Below, piece after piece: positions 26,480 to 39,779 of a stretch of DNA of 64,000 bases. Position 1 is the stretch's first letter; every line of letters starts with the position of its first letter. This stretch comes from Lama glama (Eukaryota): assembly GCA_028534125.1 (NCBI GenBank), contig CM052816.1, positions 40,178,001 to 40,242,000 of the forward strand. The letters run 5' to 3'. The notes beneath the pieces are model-generated. The model did not search any database. It was not told the origin of the DNA and saw only the letters and a program-made list of their open reading frames with translations. The position numbers and the translations under genes were made by a program.

Positions 26480-27055
26480 GATTGTTGCAAGTAGCAAGGT
26501 TCCAAATCAAAGTAATTTAAGGAAAAAATAAAGTGTTGGGGGGTATTATTACATGTCAAAACCAAAATGTCTGGAATATTTTAGGTTAAGGCATAGCACA
26601 GCTGGATCCAGAGGCTCACACAATATTGTCAGAACATTTTTCACTCTTCATTTCTTGGCCTGGCTTTAATCTGTCTTGGCTTGCATCATTTTTGGGGAGG
26701 GAATATCCTCAGCACCAAAATGGCCACTGACAGACCAAGGTTTGCTTCTGAAATCTAGCAGACTCATCCTCAGTTTGGCTTTTCAACCAATAGTTCAAGT
26801 GAAAGCCTCAAGGTCAATGCCCATTAACTTTGATTGATCAGGCTTGGTTTCCGTGTCTACTTCTGAGTCAATCACCATGGGGAGGGCAGTGTGGGAACCT
26901 CATGGGCAAGTTTTGGATGATGTGCCTGATTCTAAATAGGGAGAGCAGAGTAAGATTTATCCAAACTACATAATCAGAGAGTCAAGGAAATGAGCAGTTA
27001 TGCAAAGAGGAGGTAATCAATGCTGGGGAGGCAAAATCAATAAATGTCCACTGCA
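26480..27055 (-). mobile_element. MaLR LTR (MLT1K-like)
   Basis: cagctggatccagaggctcacac...gattgatcaggcttggtttccgtgtctacttctgagtcaatcacc...gatgtgcct...aatgtccactgca. Confidence 0.75.
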
Positions 27056-27454
27056 GAGAATGGTACAGCAGCAGGGGGAAAATTCAGAGACTAGAGTGAA
27101 GTGTTTCAGAGAAGGAAGCTGTGGAAAGAAGAAATGAAGCATAGCTAGAAAGCATTATTCAGGAAGGCATCAAATCCTCCATGAAATTAATAATATTGGA
27201 TACTGGATCATTGTGGAGTGGATATTGTCAGTTCTTTGCAAGATACTCATGAAGAGTAGAGTTGATAAAAGATCAGGAAAACAGTTGAAATCTGACCGTC
27301 CTTCTTTACGAAGAACACTTTAAGACTTCTGTGTGAGGAACTTTCAGGTCAAAACTAACCTCATAGGTATAATACTATTTGTAAGTAAATATAGACTCAG
27401 ATCATCAAGAACCATGTAGCACTACAAGTAGAAACTAGAACTAAGTATGACCAG

Positions 27455-27644
27455 TAGTGTAGAGACATGTTTGAAAGCATGGGTTCTGGAGCCAAACTAT
27501 CCTGGCTTAGAATTTGAATCTTGAATCTTTTCTTTGCTGTATGTAGGCCCTTGGGAAAGCTACTCAAGCTTATTGTGCCTTAGTTTACTCATCTTTAAAA
27601 TGTATATAATATTAGAAGCTTCTTTACCAGGGTATATCCAGAAG
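27455..27644 (+). mobile_element. MIR SINE truncated at LTR40 insertion
   Basis: gcatgggttctggagccaaactatcctggc...gtgccttagtttactcatctttaaaatg. Confidence 0.8.
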
Positions 27645-28155
27645 TGTGAAAGTTCTGAAAATTTAGTGTACTTCCAAGCTAACTGCCACAGTTTTATGGA
27701 TGCTGGTATTAAGCAAGGAATTCCCAGGTCAGAGACAAAGAACTTAATTATTCATGGCACATGCCATTTCTTCTTTCCAGCAAAGTCCCACCAAGTGACA
27801 TGGAGGGGCCTAGGTGGGTGCTACACATATTGGGTGCTACACTATGTGGGTGCTACACATAGTGAATTTGTGTCACTTCTGACGATCCCTGAGCACAGGA
27901 AACTAAATGTTTAAAAAATAATCTGCTGCAAGCAAAGCTACCTGATCTTTGTCCTGGAGGAAGATATAATCTTTACTGTCCTGGAGAAAAAACAAGCTAG
28001 CTCTTTGCTCAGGAGGGAGACAAATAATCTATTTTCCAACACTGTTCCTTACACAATACTTTAGAGGAAGTGATCAAGAACAAAACGGCAGTTATTACCT
28101 CTGGTTGCAAGACGCAAAGAAATACAAGAGACCCAAAAAGGATTATCTCCCAACA
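27645..28155 (-). mobile_element. ERVL solo LTR (LTR40-like)
   Basis: TG...CA termini: tgtgaaagttctgaaaatttag ... gcaagacgcaaagaaatacaagagacccaaaaaggattatctcccaaca. Confidence 0.8.
27815..27862. repeat. 16-bp tandem triplication inside LTR40
   Basis: tgggtgctacacatat / tgggtgctacactatg / tgggtgctacacatag. Confidence 0.9.
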
Positions 28156-30579
28156 GTTAATAAATGTATTACTATTTTAATTATTAAATACACTTTAAAA
28201 CTATTACTGTAGTTATATATTTTATTCTATCTGTTTAGCTCTCATGTATATGATTTATAATCACACCTGATCAGTCCAGTTAGTGACTTGAATAAGACAA
28301 GTAACAACTGTAACAGAAGGTCCCAAACGTTCAGACATGGAATTGGGCCCCACAATAAGTCCCTAACCAGTCATCATTTTATTTACTTAGTTGTCCTGTT
28401 CTTAAGAGTCCTCAACTCAGGTTTAGGAATTTCCCAGTTTACATTTATTTTCCCCATGCTGACCTACTGTACTTTCAAATAAGTCTTTGTTATTAACAAA
28501 ATAATTTCATTTCCTCAATAGATATGGAAGAAATTACTGTGTATTGTAGAACAATGATGATAATAACCACAATAATAATCCAGAAAACAATTCTCCATAA
28601 AAGCCTGTATTATTTCTGCTTAATACTTTATTCCTAAAATCATGGGGAATTGCTTTATGCAGTTAAATTACAAAGTTACAAAAAGAAAAATGGAGAAATG
28701 TAACCACCAGGGAAAAGCTGAATAATATTTTGAGAAGAAATGGAGGTGTAAAATTGAAGAAGAAAAATTCAAGGAGAGCAAAAAAAGTCCACGATAAGAT
28801 AAAGGAGGTGTATACACAGCTAACATAAAGTAACTTACATTAGCTAGCTGTATAATATGATTCATTAGGGTTTCTTTTTTTTGCAGTAGGAAAACTAATT
28901 TTAAAAAATCCAATTTGTATAGTCAATGTAGACGATACTTGAAAAGAAGAACGTACATCACAGGATAATGGTGGTTGAGAGTGCGAGCAACCTCAGACAG
29001 CCCATTAACAGGCTCACCAAGGGATCATCCTGTAGTTGCCAACAAAATGGTTTGAATTTTCTGCCAGAAGACCAGATGCTGCTGTGTTAAAATTAAGTCA
29101 AAATTTAAATAAAGTCCTGTGAAAGAATCTGTAGCCTGTAATGCCTACTTTCACAAGCAGAAAAAAGCAACATCTATAGTGAGAAATTGAGACCTGTATG
29201 TAAAAGAAGAAATTTTACAAAAAAAATTTTTAAAGATAACTAAGTTGTGTGTGTGTGTAAAACCTATTGCCAAATAACAATATCTCATAACTGCATAGTT
29301 CCTTATTATTTTCAGTAGAATTTTCAATGTAATACTCTGAAACAAGTTAGCTTTATTATTACTGTTATTCTGCCTTCATTTAAAAAAAATGCTGAAGTTC
29401 AGAAGAGATAAGTAATCAGTGATCCCTAACTCTAAATGTCTTAGAACCAATGAGGCGGCAAACTGAAAGCTATAAGATTCTGATTTATTTTGGAGCTTCA
29501 GAGATATGACCTCCCCTGGAAGCTTTCTTCAACTCTGTTTAGAATTGATTGGTCAAAAGGCAAAAATTTTGTTAGAAGATGGCTCTATCTTGGCTTATTT
29601 CTCATATCCAAGTCTGTGCATTATTGAAGTAGTTAAAAGATCTCGTTGCTAACCACTTTTATTTCATGAATATGAGAGAATATGATTTATTTTAAAGAGC
29701 AGTAGTTTTGGTTTTTGGTAATAATTCCATGACACCACTTTACCATGGCTACATAGATTAAAATAACAATGAGAAAAGAGTTGATTGTAACCAAGTTTAT
29801 GAATTTCCCAAGTAAGTTTCTATAGGGAATGGTATTTACGATTTCTTTCTATCCTCCTAAATAACTGAAAACAATCCACAATTAATAAACTTACAGCATA
29901 TTTATATTTTCTTGTAGAATGCAACAGAGGAAAACTGAGAGTTCAACTGGAGAGCATTTTAAATACCATAGATGTGGCAATCTCTGTCAGAGCAAAATTT
30001 AAAATATGTCAGGAATTATGGTGGTTGAATCTTCCCTATTCTACTGCCTTGTCTAAAAATATAGATGAAGGCAGATGAATTTTAGAAGCCAGTTTAAGAG
30101 AAGCCAAAAGTCACAAAACTGATTGAGTGGAAGCAGATTTAGAGAATGGCTGTGGTTACAAGTATGAGGGCTGTAAGAGTTATATCTCAGGGGGAGTGAA
30201 CCAGTGTATATGCAGGCTCCAGATGAGAGGCCAGGGATGTCTAATGGGGCCACATGTGTTGAGTCATTTGCTGACAATAAGTATCCAGATATCACAGATG
30301 AGGAAAAGCCTGAATTAATCACCTTGTTTCACCAAAATAATGCTTCTTCCATCATTCCGAACAGAATGTGCAAAATACACCCTAAAGTCAACATAAGTAT
30401 AAGAGATTTGGTGTTTCTGGTACTTAGCAATGATATAAAGACAGAATATTCTCTTCCAGTAGCTGCCCCAAATTTTCATTGGATAAACGAATAATTAAGT
30501 TCAGGTGTGCCTCTTCCTTACTACCTGTCCCCAAGTGGATCCGGTGCCTTTGTACTGCTACTAGCAGTCATGTTTTCTG

Positions 30580-30702
30580 TTCATTTGTCCATCTATCCAT
30601 TAATTAATTCATTCAACAAATAATTACAGAATGCAGAGAAAATGTCATTGTGTCGTTGATGGTCAAGGTAGAATCTCTTTACTCGTGGAGATTATAGTCT
30701 GA
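30580..30702 (-). mobile_element. L2 3' fragment
   Basis: attcattcaacaaataattacagaatgc...tggagattatagtct. Confidence 0.6.
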
Positions 30703-30984
30703 AAATATAATATTTAGTCCTCCTTAGAAGATGTTCTTACGTGTCATTACATGTACCATTTGCTGTCCTTAATCCCATATATATTGTCCTCTCTTTCCTA
30801 GGTTAAGATCTGTGTTAACATGACAACAGTTGATAATTGCTGGATGTTTTAATTTATCCTGGGGATAATATAAATACATTTTAACTAGAATCTTATAGAG
30901 ATAATTATATTAACCAGGGATCTGAGATATAGTCGTATCCCAGTGTAGGATGGTTGCATCTCTCATAAGCTAAGTTACTATATG

Positions 30985-31093
30985 TTTGCCTTTCCTACTT
31001 GACTCTTGACCTTCTTGAGGCTGAAATTTCGTATTTTTGCTCCTACATGTAGAGCAGTGGCTGGCAATGTTCATTAAAACAAATTGAACTGAA
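30985..31093 (+). mobile_element. L2 3' fragment
   Basis: gaccttcttgaggc...agagcagtggctggca...aaattgaactgaa. Confidence 0.5.
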
Positions 31094-31906
31094 ATTAAAT
31101 GCTAAAACATCTTCTTACCTAGTACAGGTTCTACTCAAACCGTAAACCACTTAGAAATATATTAAGAATTTGTTCTTTTTGAATTTATTTTCTGGTTTGG
31201 GTACTTTGTGAACAAAATCTTAGAATAAGAACTGTGGTTTATATACATATAACAATAGATATTTTGTTTTGGTTTGACTTCTGGAGTCATTTTAAGTGTT
31301 TTTAATGATAGATAGTTTTGACTTGAGACTGTTGGATATTTTATAGAACATCATTATCACAGACAAATGAACAGACACACTAAAAATACACAATTTTTAA
31401 ATTACTTGATTGCAGTAAATTATAATTTTCCTTCATCAATTCTTTGTTAAAAGCTTATTGGTAAATAAAAGTCAATAGGCAGATTGTATACTTGAATGTT
31501 ACTAATAAATCCAATCTTAAAAGTTAAAAAAAAGTCAATAGGCATTCTAAAAAAATTGCCAGGATGGCTACCATTAACCAAAATCACTTTGCATAAAAGC
31601 AGAAAAATAATCTTTAAAAACTTACCTTTATTTTATAAATCTTTTAGTCTTATCACCTCTTTTTTACTCCTTGTCTTTTTATATGTTACCTGAAATCTAT
31701 CAGTGAAATATTGTCATGAAAACAAGAGCATAAGAATTCTCTGAGAAACTGGAACTTCCAGATAAAGAGTGGTTTGCAGAAAAAATAAACAAAAAGCCCT
31801 AATCCCACTTGACTCTCCAAATCTTTCATGATTTTCAAAAATGATTTTCATCAGAAAACTGAAATAATAGCTCTGTAGTTTAATGGATGAAGTGAAACAA
31901 AAGAGA

Positions 31907-32185
31907 TTCATTCATTCACTTACATATTTGTTAAACATTTATTGACACTTATTTGTGTCAGGGACTATAGTGAGGTCAGGGGATACGATAGTCAGCAAAA
32001 GAACAAATTAAAAACCTGGTGTTTGTGTTCACAGCATATGTATTTTGAAAGTGGAGAGGTTAGTTAAACAATAAAAATTTCACCTTTCACCAGTGGTGTG
32101 AAGTTCTGAGAAGTGCCTACAACAGGGTGACTTGAGATGTTGAGCTTCAATGACAAATATGAATGAATTGTACAAGAAGAGTTAG
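31907..32185 (-). mobile_element. L2 3' fragment
   Basis: ttcattcattcact...aaacatttattgacacttatttgtgtcagggactat...ggggatac. Confidence 0.75.
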
Positions 32186-32917
32186 AGTCTTCCATTTTGC
32201 TTTTTAGAAGCATTATGATCACAGCAGATTTACCTATGTTTCCACTAATGTCCCCTTATGCAAAGGAGCATTAATTCATACCCCAGGGACCTGGGAACAC
32301 AACCAAAAGCCTTTCCCCAAAAGGCAGGTCTCAGTACCTCAGCCTACTTTAGACTAGCACAACCTCACGTTTCAGTTTGACCTGTGTCATCCTAGTTTAT
32401 TCCTGTTGTCTTAGCTTCAATTTTTAATAGCTCACCAGTTTACTCTCAGAATTGTGCTTGTTAGGACAATAAATTATGCTGTCAACACTTCTTTACACTC
32501 ATATTTCATCCTAAACATTCATGGAAACTTTTCATTGTGCACCAAAATAAGCCTGGGTTGTTTTATGTACTGGTAGGCAATGAGAAAGATCCTGCTCAAG
32601 GGGAAATTATTAGTCTTAGAGCAACTGTATTTGAATAAAAGCAACTTCAATGGGCTAAACACATAATTTAAAACTGGCTTAAATAATCACAAATAATATA
32701 GCCTCATCTTTGATGGCTCCTAGAGACAAAAAATACATACAAACAATTGGCCATAATTACAAGAATCCTAGAAATAGAAAACAAAGAGGACAAGGTACTA
32801 CAGTGTAATCAGAGATTAGGCAATGTGAGCTATTGTTGTAATTGATTTTTAAGAATAGCATCTTTGTGTATTTTTATTAACTTCCCACCGCATTTCACAA
32901 TTATGAATTTATTCTCT

Positions 32918-33045
32918 TATTTATTGATTCAGCAAATAAATTCTGAGTGACCACTGTATACATCAGGTACAGTTCTGTTCAAGGTGTTGGGATTATGATG
33001 AGGAATCACACAGGAAAGAAAAAACTGTCTTTGTAGAGCTTCTTA
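32918..33045 (-). mobile_element. L2 3' fragment
   Basis: attcagcaaataaattctgagtgaccactgtatacatcaggtacagttc. Confidence 0.65.
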
Positions 33046-33348
33046 GTATTTAAATACTTTCATATTTAAGGATAAATTATAAAAATAGCTAAAATTAAGT
33101 GGTACTGTATCATGAAAGTGAAGATAGAAACAATATAAGAGAAAGTGCAGGGTCGAGGTCAGGGAGAAAAGAGGCCAAATTGGCAGTTATGAGACTAAAG
33201 AGGCTTGTTATGACGACGCCTTCAGCTTGTCTCTGGGCTTCCCGAAGCCAACAGGAAAAATAGAGATGTCATTAATCTTTTTTTTTTTTTCCTGATTGGG
33301 GGAAAAGGTCCACAGAAGATCCAAGAATTTTGTAGCAACAATTTCCAA

Positions 33349-33354
33349 ACACAC

Positions 33355-33386
<32 letters not shown>
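33349..33386. repeat. (CA)n microsatellite, imperfect
   Basis: acacacacacatacacatacacacacacacacacacac. Confidence 0.95.
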
Positions 33387-34139
33387 GGAACTGAATAAAA
33401 AACAGTAAGAGAAACTGTTCAGTGGTTCCAAAGCTCAGGTCCACAGAACTACTACACATGAGAATAAACCGGAAAACATAGAAAAATACAAATCCTCAGG
33501 TACTTACCCTAATGTAATGTTTTTCCAGTAGCTCTGAAATATAGTCTGATGTGGGAATTCCTGGGATACTGGGCACCATTTTTTCAATAAAAATGGAACA
33601 GGTTTTATATGGTACAATCTATTTGAATATAGAAATTAGTTTTTTATAAGCTAGAAAAGAATAAAGATATAATAAATATATTTAACTATATATATCATAG
33701 ATTTTAAAAAACAATTGATTTACATGTAATTATCCTAAATTCTGATACCAAAACATGATAAGGAAGGCCCTAAAAGGAATAGAGACTTGTTATAACTGTA
33801 AGAATATAGATTTTAAAACTCTTAAAGCAAATACTGCAAACTTAGTCTAAAAATATGTTAACTAATAATTCACAAAAACCATGCAAAATGTATTTCTGGA
33901 ATGTAATACTGATAATATTAAAAACAATTGTTACTATATTTACTTACATAAGTAGGAAAAACAGAAATAGCTTATTTTTCAATATTTAAGAACTGACATA
34001 ATGGAAATCAATTCCAGATTAAAAAGCAAAACAAAAGCTGACCCACTCACATTCATCCCCTTTACTCACAGCCCACGAAACTAGAAGGCCTACCACATGA
34101 ACACAAGAGTTTAAAGAAGTTATATAAATGATCACCACT

Positions 34140-34360
34140 GTCATCATAAATGATATCAGGAATTTAGTGCCTAAGTGTGTGAGGCACAAGGCAAGTGCTT
34201 TACATGGAAAATTTAATTTAAAATGAGATGTAAAAAGTTTAAAAATCTACTATTTTGCTATTTCTGATTTTCAATAACAAAATCAGAGTAGTAGAGACAG
34301 AATTTAAACTTAGTTCTACCAGTTTTCAAAGCAAGAATTCATTATCAATCTGCTATATTG
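34140..34360 (-). mobile_element. MIR SINE (degenerate)
   Basis: agtgcctaagtgtgtgaggcacaaggcaagtgctttacatgg...gtagagacagaatttaaact. Confidence 0.6.
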
Positions 34361-35360
34361 AATTAAAGCTATAAAAAACTGAAATTAGATAATAAAGGTG
34401 AATATTTGTGTGACTAAAATTGAGAATGTTCTTTTAAAATATGATAGTGAAAAGACGATTGATAAAAAATGATATAAACAGTAAGAACATAAAACAGATC
34501 TTTAAAAAGCAGATAAAACAAACTGAGGAAAATATTTCTGTTTACTCACTGACGTCATCATCTTTGACATATTAAATTTCTCGTGTATTAATATACAAGA
34601 GTTAGAAATTCCACTAGAAATACTTTAAAAAATCGAGAGAATAAGCTGGCCAATATTGTTATAGACATATTTAGCTTAACTGGAAGTTATAGAATACGCA
34701 TATTAAAACAAAATGAAATTTTGTCTTTGCCCATGTATTACTCTATGGAAGAGTGAAGTGAAATGAGTGAAATCACTTTCATGTGTCACTTCAAGGAGTA
34801 TAGATTGGTTGTCTTTCTGGAAGTCAGGTAGTACGTATCAACTATCTGGAATAATTTCATCATTGTTTATCTAGTAATTCCATTCTAACTGATTTGTCCT
34901 AATGAAATAATCTGAAATGTACCCAGATGACACACAGAATAATGACCCTAGTGCCATATTCATGATAACATAAAAAAGTGAAAATAAGTGCCCCCAAAAT
35001 GCAGAAAGTTGATGTGTTTGTTGCACAGCCATAGGCTGGAATGCTCTGTAATTTTTAGAAACCTGTTAGCAAGATTATGTAATATTTTAGGAACACAATT
35101 TTTTATTAGGTGAAAATAAAAATAAAAGTTGTGTAAAGTTATTATTTGAAGAAAAAATTCAAATGATTTGTACAGGGTAGCCATAATTTTGAGGAGGTAA
35201 AAAACCTATATACTCAGACTTTTTGACTCAATAGTGAAAATAACTGTAACAATTCTAATAGTGACTGCTTCTAATAGTAGGTTTATAAATACATTCCTCT
35301 TTACACTTTTCTGTATTACTCATATACCATTATGTTGAGCATGAAGTAGTTTTATAGTCA
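34360..35360 (+). mobile_element. Old L1ME 3' region, degenerate
   Basis: tctttctggaagtcagg...tagtaattccattctaactgatttgtcctaatgaaataat...agttttatagtcag. Confidence 0.65.
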
Positions 35361-36264
35361 GAGAAGTTCAGAAATAGTCTTAAGAGAACATCATATCTAT
35401 AAAAAGATTAATCTTACAAGAATACTATATCTGTGTCACCACACAAATTTGTCACTTCAGTAACATATGCAGACGTAAGTGACACAGAAGTTTTCAGAAG
35501 AACGGATTTTAAGTTACTTGAAGAATTTTACATCATCTTTATATGTGATTGTTACCACTAGTTTGTCATCAGGTAAAAAGAGGCACCAATGATTTTGCTG
35601 TCAAAAATCTTTATAATTCTTTTCCAGAAAGCACTTCAGAAAAAAAAATTGTTCAGCAAGATTGGAAACACCATCAGATTCATTCATCTCCATGAGCTGT
35701 ACATAGTAAAATAATCGTTTCACTCTTGTCTCTCCAACTTGGCCTACTTTAAAGAAAAAAAAAAAAAGAAGTTGCCATAAGCACAGAGAAAAACAGTGTG
35801 TATGAGCATCTTATAAAAACATATATCCTTCCAGAATTCAGCTCTCAGTAAAATTCTAGTGTTACTCTCTCAATTGTGTGCAGGATGTGTTTTATTAATG
35901 GCCACATGAGGTATAAGAACATTTGAGAGCAAACTGTTACAATGTTTTCCACAGCTGTCCGATTTACAGACCTGCTGAAGGAGGAAGGAAATTGGGTAAC
36001 AGTTTATGTTCTTAAAAGCCATCAGCTCTGAATAGATATTATCCTCAAGAAAAGGAAATAGCATCTGACTAGCTTACACTAAACCCAATTTTGTTTTTCA
36101 TTGTGCAGTTGGCCTTTCTTAAATTGAGAGGACAAGAAACCCTCTGCGTGTTCCTCCTTGGGTTGTCTGCAAGCAAAACTTGTGTTTAATACTGTAAGAG
36201 AAAAACTGGCACAGAACTGATTTTCTAAATGACAGATCTACATTTTTCAGTGTAGTCCTGTTTA

Positions 36265-36455
36265 GTCAACAGTTTATGTGAAAGCACATCCCAGAAACAT
36301 GTAGGAAATGTGTCAGTACATAAGAAAACTCGTAAGTGCGCAGAGGGAGGCCTGCTGTTTGCCAGACAGTATGATAAACCCTATGGAGCATACAGAAGAA
36401 ATAAGAGACATGCATCCTGCCTTCTGTGAGATTACAGTTCATCTGAGATAATACT
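36265..36455 (-). mobile_element. L2 fragment
   Basis: tttgccagacagtatgataaacc...catcctgccttctgtgagattacagttc. Confidence 0.5.
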
Positions 36456-36469
36456 AATTTATGGAAATC

Positions 36470-36692
36470 TCTCTCCCTTCCTGGAGCTGAGCTAAGCATT
36501 TCACAATGATTACCTCACTTAATTCTAAATAATATATTGAAATATATATTATTATCTCTACTTGACAAATGAAACTCCCACATTCCAAGAGTTAAGTATT
36601 TTGCCTAAGATCATATATTTATTAAATGGAAGAGCTGGGATTTGGAACTCTGTCAGAGTCCAAAATCAGGTGTTTTAACACTACACTAACCT
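36470..36692 (-). mobile_element. MIR SINE
   Basis: gagttaagtattttgcctaagatcata...agagctgggatttggaactc. Confidence 0.75.
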
Positions 36693-39154
36693 ACCATATG
36701 CAGACAAGTTGAACAGGGTCTTACTGCCTAATGCTGGTCTTTACCAGTACCACCGCTTTGCTAAAATATAAGACATTTTAAAAATGCATATTTTATTAAA
36801 TGCTATTTGAAGCAATTGTCTTCTCTCTGGTTAGAGACATAAGCTCATTGAATCTTAAATAACTTACATTTATATTATATATTAAACTTTAATTTATACA
36901 ACATTAGCGAACTCCGTAAATGTGCACATTAAGTTTTTGTTGTACACTCTGATCTGGCATCCAACTAGTTTTTAAGTTGTGTAGGTTATTTGCAATAAGT
37001 CAAAGCTTGAACCAAAATCGTTTCAACATCCATCTTTTCCCTCATACATCATTGCCACCACTAAGGTCAGCTAATGCATTACCTGTTAAGTCTCAAATTT
37101 CAGCCACAAAAAACACATAGTCCATACATTTTAAATGAATTATTATATATGGAATTATTAATATGCCCATAATTAGCAAATTCCTATTAAATGAATCTAT
37201 TAGGTTTTTTTTATAATGGCTTTTTTCTGATGTGCTAGTTAGGATTTATTAATAATGGTATTTCATGGCTATTTAATGTTATCATTTGAAACCCTTTGCT
37301 AAAGTAATTCCTGGAAAGGAATTTTTTAATTATAGGAATATAGAATACACAGAGCTTTGGGTAAATCACAATAGAAAATTTCATTGCACCTATTTCAATA
37401 CTCTAGCAGTACTTAACGGGTATCTTGACTGTGTTTGGCATTTATTTACCAAGGATAATGTTTATCACTTGAATCAGCATAGTCTGTAAGGCAAAGTAAT
37501 TGCTTTATGATAAACCATCAAACTTTAACTAAAATCTTCAAAATTCAGTATGATAATCCAAATTAAGAGGACTATACTGGTTTCAGATCTTTAGAGTTTA
37601 CATTCCGCAGTCCTTTCCAAAATAGGTTATGTAAATAGTTCTCAGTTGTACTTCAAAGGAGAGCCACAAGCATTAATGCCAGTTTATGTAGAACTGAAAA
37701 TCAAACTTACGGGTTAACTGAGAGAGAAATGTAACTTCCTGCCAGAACAACAACAAACAATGGACTGATTTGGCTGAGGCAACAAATTACAAGCTACAAT
37801 ATGTCCTGGGAGTCATTTAGAAGTTTCCCAATATGGTTGTTCAGGAGGAGTTAGACCAAAGCTATCAGTCATTTTACACTAATATCCTCATTAACCAAAA
37901 CGTATTTGATGCGTTCAGCAATGATGGAAGGTCTGTCATGAAGATATAATCACACCTCTTTTTTAAGAAAAATAATTTTAAAAAGTATGTGTGGAAATAT
38001 GAGAGGACATTCATTTGGGTAATGGAGAGGGCTCTTTTCATTTACTTAAATAGGCTTTGAAACAATTTTATTTAAAATTCATATCTGTGGCGAGTATAGT
38101 CATTTCCACCCAGCAGAGTCAGTTGTTCAATACAGGCACTACATAAATCTGCTCAACAACATAAACACACTGCCTCAGAGCGATCTCACGAATTAAATAG
38201 CTTGTTTCCCAGAGAGAGAAAAGTATAGAACAAAATTAATAGTACAGCTACTGTATCTCAATGGGGAACTACCCTCAAGCCTGAATCACTGCAGAAGAAG
38301 AGACGTTAACAGAGCTGATTTTAGTGAGTACGAGAGTGAAAATGCCTGTGAACTCAAGAGAGAAGAGGCGGAGAGTTGATTTGGAACCATGTTGTTAATT
38401 AGCTAACTTAACAGAAATGGAAGTCATGTAAAAAGCTAATTAAAGTGAAATTGATGTGCATGATCTCAGTCTTTATTTTGAATACAGCTGAATCTATCTC
38501 TGAGCTAGAGAATCCAGCTCCAGAAACTTGCTTCCATGGGATGGATGCTTATAAAAGGGGTTGATTTCAGCTGTTCCTAAAGGTGTATTTTTCATGCTCT
38601 GGTAGTTTGCCAGGCTCAGCCATCCATGTCAATTCTGTCTTAAGAGACACCTGCTTTTTGTAAGATTGTCAGACACATTAAAATTGTGAAAAATTTAATA
38701 CTGACCTCATTTTATTATCTGTCTAATTATAACTCCCCTGGCCTTAGCTGCACCGCTAAGAAAGTACTGTGAGCCACCATCCCACCCAGAGCTGAAAAGT
38801 CTAGAGTAAGGTGTAGGACTTTTGTGGTGCACCTTTAAAATTTATGTCTTCTCGATGTTTCGTCTCACTGATTTAAGGCTGCTCTTTGCCTACTTCATTT
38901 TGCACATGTGAAAGGCATACTTGAGAATCTAAAATGTGAGAAAGCCTTCTAAGAAAACTTGAAAATATTCCATGTTGTTTTAGTTTGACCAAATCAACTT
39001 TCAGGAAGTTTAATTTTACGTTGATCAGAGAAATGAATAAAAGAAATCCTTTAAGGATTTGTGCATCTTATCTTTTAGAGGAAATGGAGTAAAATCCAAT
39101 GGAAGTTCCAAGGAAGTTGGGAAGAACTATTTGAACAAATTTTAAAAATAAACA

Positions 39155-39385
39155 CAGTGACCATTAACTGAGTACTTTCCATACGCTAGTGACTATGCTA
39201 AGCATGCAAAGATATTATCCTACTAAATTTTCATAAAAATCCTCTGTGAAATTATAATGCCCATTTTAGAGCAAATTCAATTGGGAATTGGAGAATTTAA
39301 GTAATTATGTGTGATCACAGAGTCAGTAAGAAGAACAAAATGACTTTAAGCTCAAGTCTGTCTCCAAAGCCCATGCTTTCAACTA
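39155..39385 (-). mobile_element. MIR SINE
   Basis: actgagtactttccatacgctagtgactatgctaagc...gatcacagagtcagtaag...gtctgtctccaaagcccatgc. Confidence 0.75.
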
Positions 39386-39568
39386 TAAAAACCTAGACAG
39401 TAAAATATAAGAACTTCTTTTCAAGGACATTTTCCTAAAAGATTCTCATTTGGGGACTTTCCTAATCTCATTTCTTTAGCAAAGTCCAGGCTATTGACAT
39501 ACTTGTTCCCTAATACAAAGAATTTTACATTCCAGTCTTTGCTCTTTCTTTTTTATGAATTAGGTAGG

Positions 39569-39592
39569 ATGTATGTATGTATGTATGTATGT
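39569..39592. repeat. (TATG)n microsatellite
   Basis: atgtatgtatgtatgtatgtatgt. Confidence 0.9.
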
Positions 39593-39779
39593 CTTATTAT
39601 TATTTTTCAGCCTGCAGATAGGTGACTAGATGAAGTACTAGAAAGGCCAAGAATGGTTTTGTACCTTTTTCATTTTTAAGAGCTTGAGAATTTATTCTGC
39701 ATTTTATTAGCTTTACCTGTTTATATACCTTCCTATCAAGCTGAACAATTGACAAAAGAATTCCCTAACAGATCAGACT

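Noticed and set aside
27815..27862. Short repeated units as a possible CRISPR-like array (also 20838-20943)
   Set aside because: Mammalian DNA; units too short, no uniform unique spacers, no cas genes.
27534..27914. 126-aa ORF
   Set aside because: Non-ATG start and spans a MIR/LTR40 junction; not gene-like.
31620..31700. Minus-strand consensus donor AAG|GTAAGT
   Set aside because: Upstream acceptor is weak and the sequence is low-complexity A-rich; no support for an exon.
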